Shown: piece after piece, positions 60,529 through 64,000 of the stretch
Numbering within the stretch: position 1 is the first letter of the stretch
How the letters are laid out: each line of letters starts with the position of its first letter
DNA from: Sphingobacteriales bacterium
GTDB taxonomy: Bacteria; Bacteroidota; Bacteroidia; AKYH767-A; OLB10
Assembly: GCA_021299095.1 (NCBI GenBank)
Contig: JAJTFW010000002.1
Coordinates: 138,133 to 202,132 of the forward strand
Reading direction: 5' to 3'
DNA length: 64,000 nt
Program-made: the position numbers and the translations under genes
Notes under the pieces: model-generated
What the model was told of the DNA's origin: nothing
Seen by the model: only the letters and a program-made list of their open reading frames with translations
The model's database searches: none

Positions 60529-61668
60529 ATGGAACCGATCCGCAAACTTCCAATGGTCGACCTGCTGACTCAGTACAAACACATCCAGCAGGAGGTTGAT
60601 CAGGCAGTGCTCGATGTCATGCGCTCCTCGGCCTACATCAACGGACCCGAAGTCAAATCCTTCGCTAGTGAGTTGGGGTCGTATTTGGGGGCAAAGCATG
60701 TGATACCTTGCGCAAACGGAACCGATGCCCTGCAAATCGCCATGATGGCGCTCGGATACCAGCCAGGTGATGAAGTCATCACCGCCAGCTTCACGTATGT
60801 AGCCACTGCGGAAGTCATTGCATTGTTGAAACTGAAGCCGGTATTGGTTGATGTTGATCCGGAAACGTTCACCATTGACTGTGACGCCATAGAGCGGGCT
60901 ATAACACCAAGAACTGTTGCCATCGTGCCGGTGCACCTGTTCGGCCAATGCGCGAACATGGAGCGCATCATGGAAATTGCGCAGCGTCACAACTTGCATG
61001 TCATTGAAGATACCGCTCAGGCAATCGGTGCAGAATATACATTCTCCGATGGCAGAACAAGCAAGGCCGGTACTATCGGTACTATCGGTACGACCTCGTT
61101 CTTCCCCTCCAAGAATCTCGGTTGCATGGGTGATGGTGGAGCCATTTTCACGCAGGACGATGCCCTAGGCAATCGACTTCGTATGATTGCGAACCATGGA
61201 CAAAGTGTACAATACCAACACGATGAAGTTGGAGTAAATAGTCGCCTCGACAGCATTCAAGCGGCCATCCTTAGAGTTAAACTGCGACACCTCGATACCT
61301 ATTGCAAAGCAAGGCAGGATGCCGCAGCTGCCTATGATGCCACGTTCGCAGAAAATCCCGGACTACAGATTCCGATCCGTTTATCTGGAAGCACGCATGT
61401 TTTTCACCAGTATACGCTGGTCATAAAAACCAAATCGAGGGATGAGCTTCGTAGTTTCTTGGACACCCGTGGTATTCCATCCATGATCTACTACCCCATT
61501 CCCCTGCACATGCAATCGGCATACACCGACCCACGGTACCAACCGGGAGATTTTCCGGTTACCGAGTACTTGTGCAAACACGTCCTATCGATTCCTATGC
61601 ACACGGAATTGAGCGCCGAGGACATTGCTTACATCAGCAGTAACGTACTTGAATTTCTGAACTCCTGA
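60529..61668 (+). CDS. DegT/DnrJ/EryC1/StrS sugar aminotransferase
   Basis: ANGTDAL, PVHLFGQ, EDTAQA, SFFPSKNLG..GDGG and NSRLDSIQAA. TATCTTTG at 60455-60462. Confidence 0.93.
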   Translation: MEPIRKLPMVDLLTQYKHIQQEVDQAVLDVMRSSAYINGPEVKSFASELGSYLGAKHVIPCANGTDALQIAMMALGYQPGDEVITASFTYVATAEVIALLKLKPVLVDVDPETFTIDCDAIERAITPRTVAIVPVHLFGQCANMERIMEIAQRHNLHVIEDTAQAIGAEYTFSDGRTSKAGTIGTIGTTSFFPSKNLGCMGDGGAIFTQDDALGNRLRMIANHGQSVQYQHDEVGVNSRLDSIQAAILRVKLRHLDTYCKARQDAAAAYDATFAENPGLQIPIRLSGSTHVFHQYTLVIKTKSRDELRSFLDTRGIPSMIYYPIPLHMQSAYTDPRYQPGDFPVTEYLCKHVLSIPMHTELSAEDIAYISSNVLEFLNS

Positions 61669-61684
61669 TCATAGACCATCAGCC

Positions 61685-63016
61685 ATGAATATCGCAGTAG
61701 TCGGAACAGGATATGTGGGACTTGTAACTGGAACCTGTTTTGCAGAAATGGGTAACAACGTGATTTGCGTCGACATCGATACGGATAAAGTTGAGCGCAT
61801 GCGTAAGGGAAGCATACCCATTTACGAGCCTCATCTGGATGTCCTATTCGATCGGAACATCAGCCAAGGCAGATTGCATTTTACAACCTCACTCGAATCG
61901 GCAGTTGACCAGGCAGAAGTGATTTTTCTGGCCCTCCCTACCCCTCCGGGGGAAGACGGTGGTGCTGATTTGTCGTACGTCCTGGGAGTTGCTAAGCAAC
62001 TTGGACCGATGTTGAAGCGGTACACAGTCATTGTCAATAAAAGCACAGTTCCGGTTGGGACTGCCGAGAAGGTACATGCGGCAATAGCGCCCAACTGCAC
62101 ATCAGGATTTGACGTCGTTTCGAATCCTGAATTCCTGAGGGAAGGCTTTGCCGTAGACGATTTTTTAAAACCGGATCGTGTTGTTGTTGGTACCTCGAGT
62201 GAAAAAGCCCGTAGAGTCATGAATGAACTCTATGCTCCCTTTCTAAGGCAGGGTAACCCCATCTACTTCATGGACGAACGCTCCTCTGAGCTTACCAAAT
62301 ACGCAGCCAATGCGTTTCTGGCGACCAAGATCACGTTCATGAATGAAATTGCAAACCTGTGCGAACGAACGGGTGCCAATGTTGATGCCGTGCGCATCGG
62401 AATCGGTTCAGACTCACGCATCGGAAAGCGTTTCCTATTCGCTGGCATCGGTTATGGAGGTAGCTGCTTCCCGAAAGATGTGCAGGCGTTACAACGTACT
62501 GCACTAGAGCACGCGTATGATTTCCGCATTCTCGATTCGGTAATGCAGGTAAACCAGGCACAAAAACAGGTTCTGGTAAATAAACTACTGGATTATTACG
62601 GCACTGATCTCAATGGAAAGCACATCGCCTTATGGGGACTTGCCTTCAAACCTGAGACGGACGACATCCGCGAGGCTCCCGCGCTTGAGATCATAGACGC
62701 TTTAGTCAAAGCCGGCGCACGCGTTTCCGCTTATGATCCTGAGGCCATGAACAATGTGCGCAAGGTACTCGGTGACTCCATCACCTTCGCTGCAGATCCG
62801 TATGAAGCCACAAAAAATGCAGATGCGCTACTCATCGCTACGGAGTGGGCCGTTTTCCGGACTCCCGATTTCGTAAAGTTGAAAAGCCTCATGCACACAC
62901 CGGCAATATTCGATGGCCGCAACCTCTATGACCTAGAAAAAATGGAGGAGAGCGGATTTTTCTACTCCAGTATCGGCAGAAAAACCATTCACCCTTTAAA
63001 GGCCAATTCGAACTGA
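61685..63016 (+). CDS. ugd: UDP-glucose 6-dehydrogenase
   Basis: [32 protein letters not shown] and [13 protein letters not shown]. Confidence 0.95.
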   Translation: MNIAVVGTGYVGLVTGTCFAEMGNNVICVDIDTDKVERMRKGSIPIYEPHLDVLFDRNISQGRLHFTTSLESAVDQAEVIFLALPTPPGEDGGADLSYVLGVAKQLGPMLKRYTVIVNKSTVPVGTAEKVHAAIAPNCTSGFDVVSNPEFLREGFAVDDFLKPDRVVVGTSSEKARRVMNELYAPFLRQGNPIYFMDERSSELTKYAANAFLATKITFMNEIANLCERTGANVDAVRIGIGSDSRIGKRFLFAGIGYGGSCFPKDVQALQRTALEHAYDFRILDSVMQVNQAQKQVLVNKLLDYYGTDLNGKHIALWGLAFKPETDDIREAPALEIIDALVKAGARVSAYDPEAMNNVRKVLGDSITFAADPYEATKNADALLIATEWAVFRTPDFVKLKSLMHTPAIFDGRNLYDLEKMEESGFFYSSIGRKTIHPLKANSN

Positions 63017-63017
63017 C

Positions 63018-63992
63018 ATGGAGAGTAAAAGGGTACTCATAACCGGTGCAGCCGGATTTCTTGGATCTCACCTTTGCGACCGATTTATCGCAGAGGGTTT
63101 TGATGTTGTTGGAATGGACAACCTGATCACAGGAGACCTGCGCAACATCGAACACCTGTTCAAGCTCAAAGCGTTCGAATTCTACCATCACGATGTCAGC
63201 AAATTCGTGCATGTACCCGGACGCATCGATTACATCCTGCATTTCGCTTCTCCAGCCAGCCCGATTGATTACCTGAAGATTCCAATCCAAACCTTGAAGG
63301 TTGGCTCGCTTGGAACACACAATCTGCTCGGCTTCGCCAAATCGAAGAAAGCCCGCATACTCGTTGCATCCACCAGCGAGGTGTACGGTGACCCCACTGT
63401 ACATCCACAGACCGAGGATTACTGGGGAAATGTCAACCCGATTGGTCCACGTGGTGTATACGATGAGGCCAAACGGTTTCAGGAAGCCATTACAATGGCT
63501 TACCACACCTATCATGGCCTCGAGACGCGCATTGTACGCATCTTCAATACCTATGGCCCACGCATGCGACTGAATGACGGCCGCGTATTACCGGCATTTA
63601 TCGGTCAGGCATTGCGTGGTGAAGACCTGACTGTGTTCGGCGATGGTTCACAAACCCGTTCGTTCTGCTATGTTGATGACCTGGTTGAAGGAATTTTCCG
63701 TTTGCTCAACAGCGACTACCATCTGCCTGTAAACCTTGGGAATCCGGATGAAATCAGTATCCGGGATTTTGCAGAAGAAATCATTCGATTGACCGGCACA
63801 GACCGTAAACTCATTACCAAGCCATTACCACAGGACGACCCCAAGCAGCGGCAACCCGATATCAGCAGGGCCAAAGCCATTTTAGGTTGGGAGCCACGTA
63901 TCAGCCGTTCGGAAGGACTTGAACGAACATACGCCTACTTTAAAAATCTGCCGCCCGAAGAATTGAATCGGACTGCACATCGCTTCGCCTAA
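63018..63992 (+). CDS. UDP-glucuronic acid decarboxylase (UDP-xylose synthase family)
   Basis: [45 protein letters not shown] and [10 protein letters not shown]. Confidence 0.92.
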   Translation: MESKRVLITGAAGFLGSHLCDRFIAEGFDVVGMDNLITGDLRNIEHLFKLKAFEFYHHDVSKFVHVPGRIDYILHFASPASPIDYLKIPIQTLKVGSLGTHNLLGFAKSKKARILVASTSEVYGDPTVHPQTEDYWGNVNPIGPRGVYDEAKRFQEAITMAYHTYHGLETRIVRIFNTYGPRMRLNDGRVLPAFIGQALRGEDLTVFGDGSQTRSFCYVDDLVEGIFRLLNSDYHLPVNLGNPDEISIRDFAEEIIRLTGTDRKLITKPLPQDDPKQRQPDISRAKAILGWEPRISRSEGLERTYAYFKNLPPEELNRTAHRFA

Positions 63993-64000
63993 AGACCACA

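Noticed and set aside
61069..61091. Tandem repeat ggtactatc x2.5 (and tatcgg repeats in mreB)
   Set aside because: These encode ordinary GTIGTIGT and IGIGID protein motifs in frame and are not a phase-variable tract.

Overview
64 kb of chromosomal DNA from a Bacteroidota bacterium. The evidence is the T9SS/gliding genes gldJ-porP and porU-porV-ispF, the pyrG-yidC pair, fused secDF and many TAnnTTTG -7 promoter elements. About 55 CDS are present, mostly housekeeping: holA, mqnA, hppD, yidC, pyrG, secDF, ftsE, recG, csp, ade, mlaEF, feoAB, ppk1/ppx, purH, mreBCD-mrdA-rodA, waaA, DegT-ugd-uxs. I saw no rRNA, tRNA, CRISPR array, IS element or prophage. The most interesting observations are these. 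(1) At 1.5-5.4 kb, a divergent PLP-dependent alpha-oxoamine synthase sits with a 6-TM/PAS sensor histidine kinase and a stand-alone receiver, an architecture like the CqsA-CqsS and LqsA-LqsR-LqsS quorum-sensing systems. (2) A nuclease, TonB-dependent transporter and OB-fold lipoprotein form a DNA-scavenging locus, and the nuclease gene heads the same-strand run sixA - Lys-rich protein - ppk1 - ppx, which has Pho-box-like repeats. (3) A 50-aa Cys-rich lipoprotein missing from the ORF track lies just upstream of the Fur-boxed feoAB. (4) gldJ lacks its conserved C-terminal motifs. All functional calls come from motif recognition by eye; no database searches were run.
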